From positions 64,257-128,256 of the forward strand of contig DBFVEH010000003.1 of assembly GCA_048526005.1 (NCBI GenBank): a stretch of DNA of 64,000 bases. The letters run 5' to 3'. This DNA is from Eubacteriales bacterium (GTDB lineage Bacteria; Bacillota; Clostridia; Oscillospirales; CAG-272). Under the pieces are notes generated by a model. That model ran no database searches. It saw only the letters and a program-made list of their open reading frames with translations, and was not told where the DNA came from. The position numbers and the translations under genes are program-made. Below are positions 63,422-64,000 of this stretch, in pieces; the stretch's first letter is position 1, and every line of letters starts with the position of its first letter.

Positions 63422-64000
63422 TGGGAGAAAGAAAGCAGAGTCATTTTCAGCCAGATCCTCGCACATGGCTGCTGCTCTGTCTCTTGGGGATTGTTTCTAT
63501 CCTGCTGATTCATTCTGAAATAGGAGGGCTATTCCTGTTTCTGGGGTGTCTGCTTATCCACCTTGTGGCAGGAAAAGCAAATAAACTTCTGCCCTATGCG
63601 CTGTATTACCTTGCTTTTTACGGTATCGGTTGGGCAGGCGTAAGGCTGATAGACAGCGGAGTGGCCTTTTCCGTAAGCTCTATGCTGTCCAGCATTGGGA
63701 TTGTCGGGAGAAAGATACTGATTCCCGTATCCTTTGCTACGGCCCTCGCAGGAGAACCTACCGGCTCTTTGATGGCAGCTTTGCAGGCCATGCGCTTTCC
63801 AAAGGCTGTGGGGATAGCCGCCTCGGTGGTTCTCCGCTTTTTCCCAACGATTTCCGGAGAGTACCGAGCTATCCGTTCTTCACAGCAGTTTAGAGGGATT
63901 GGAGTAGGCGTAATTCATACGCTTACCCATCTTCCTTCTACCGTTGAATACATTCTAATCCCGTTGATTCTGAGGACAACAAAAGTAGCAGAGGAGCTTT
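63421..64000 (+). CDS. ECF transporter transmembrane (T) component EcfT/CbiQ-like, 3' end outside the window
   Basis: TAATG overlap with the upstream gene. Open frame to the window edge (MGERKQSHFQPDPRTWLLLCLLG...FPTISGEYRAIRSSQQFRGIG...). Not in the ORF track because no stop codon is reached. Confidence 0.6.
   Translation, partial: MGERKQSHFQPDPRTWLLLCLLGIVSILLIHSEIGGLFLFLGCLLIHLVAGKANKLLPYALYYLAFYGIGWAGVRLIDSGVAFSVSSMLSSIGIVGRKILIPVSFATALAGEPTGSLMAALQAMRFPKAVGIAASVVLRFFPTISGEYRAIRSSQQFRGIGVGVIHTLTHLPSTVEYILIPLILRTTKVAEEL

Overview
This 64-kb window looks like chromosomal DNA of a moderately GC-rich (roughly 55-60% by eye), probably spore-forming, Clostridia-type Firmicute. That placement is an inference from yunB, the ylxM-ffh-rpsP-khpA order, the pyrK/pyrD B-type DHODH and the many lipobox proteins. 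About 55 protein genes are supported. Core blocks: ylxM-ffh-rpsP-khpA (937-3220, +); a polar amino-acid ABC importer (4129-6495, -); rlmB plus a degenerate P-type-ATPase-like membrane protein (6705-10088, -); an eight-gene pyrimidine operon pyrC-carA-carB-pyrK-pyrD-pyrF-pyrE-pyrB (10941-20559, -) with a consensus promoter and an attenuator-like leader; a DUF3048 lipoprotein, tadA, a CPBP protease, a GH94/65-like phosphorylase and a G5x3-M23 peptidase; a MarR-controlled heterodimeric ABC exporter (36283-40287, -); tRNA-Lys(UUU); and housekeeping genes yqeG, a yhaN-like ATPase, hpf, rlmD and yunB. Three accessory or unusual regions stand out. (i) At 28.3-36.0 kb, three adjacent paralogous surface proteins are built from metallophosphoesterase and LamG modules; the largest (1405 aa) has a canonical prepilin-type N-terminus. 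(ii) At 40.5-42.3 kb, a 1.66-kb AT-rich islet is inserted at tRNA-Lys, bounded by 104-bp direct repeats, and carries an integrase remnant, a DUF2726 gene and two tandem type I toxin-antitoxin-like cassettes. (iii) At 58.0-64.0 kb, a lower-GC cluster encodes AraC, a YbtPQ-like ABC pair and MptD/EcfT. Several structured non-coding elements are also reported. No rRNA, CRISPR array or intact transposase was seen. All family names come from reading motifs by eye, not from database searches.
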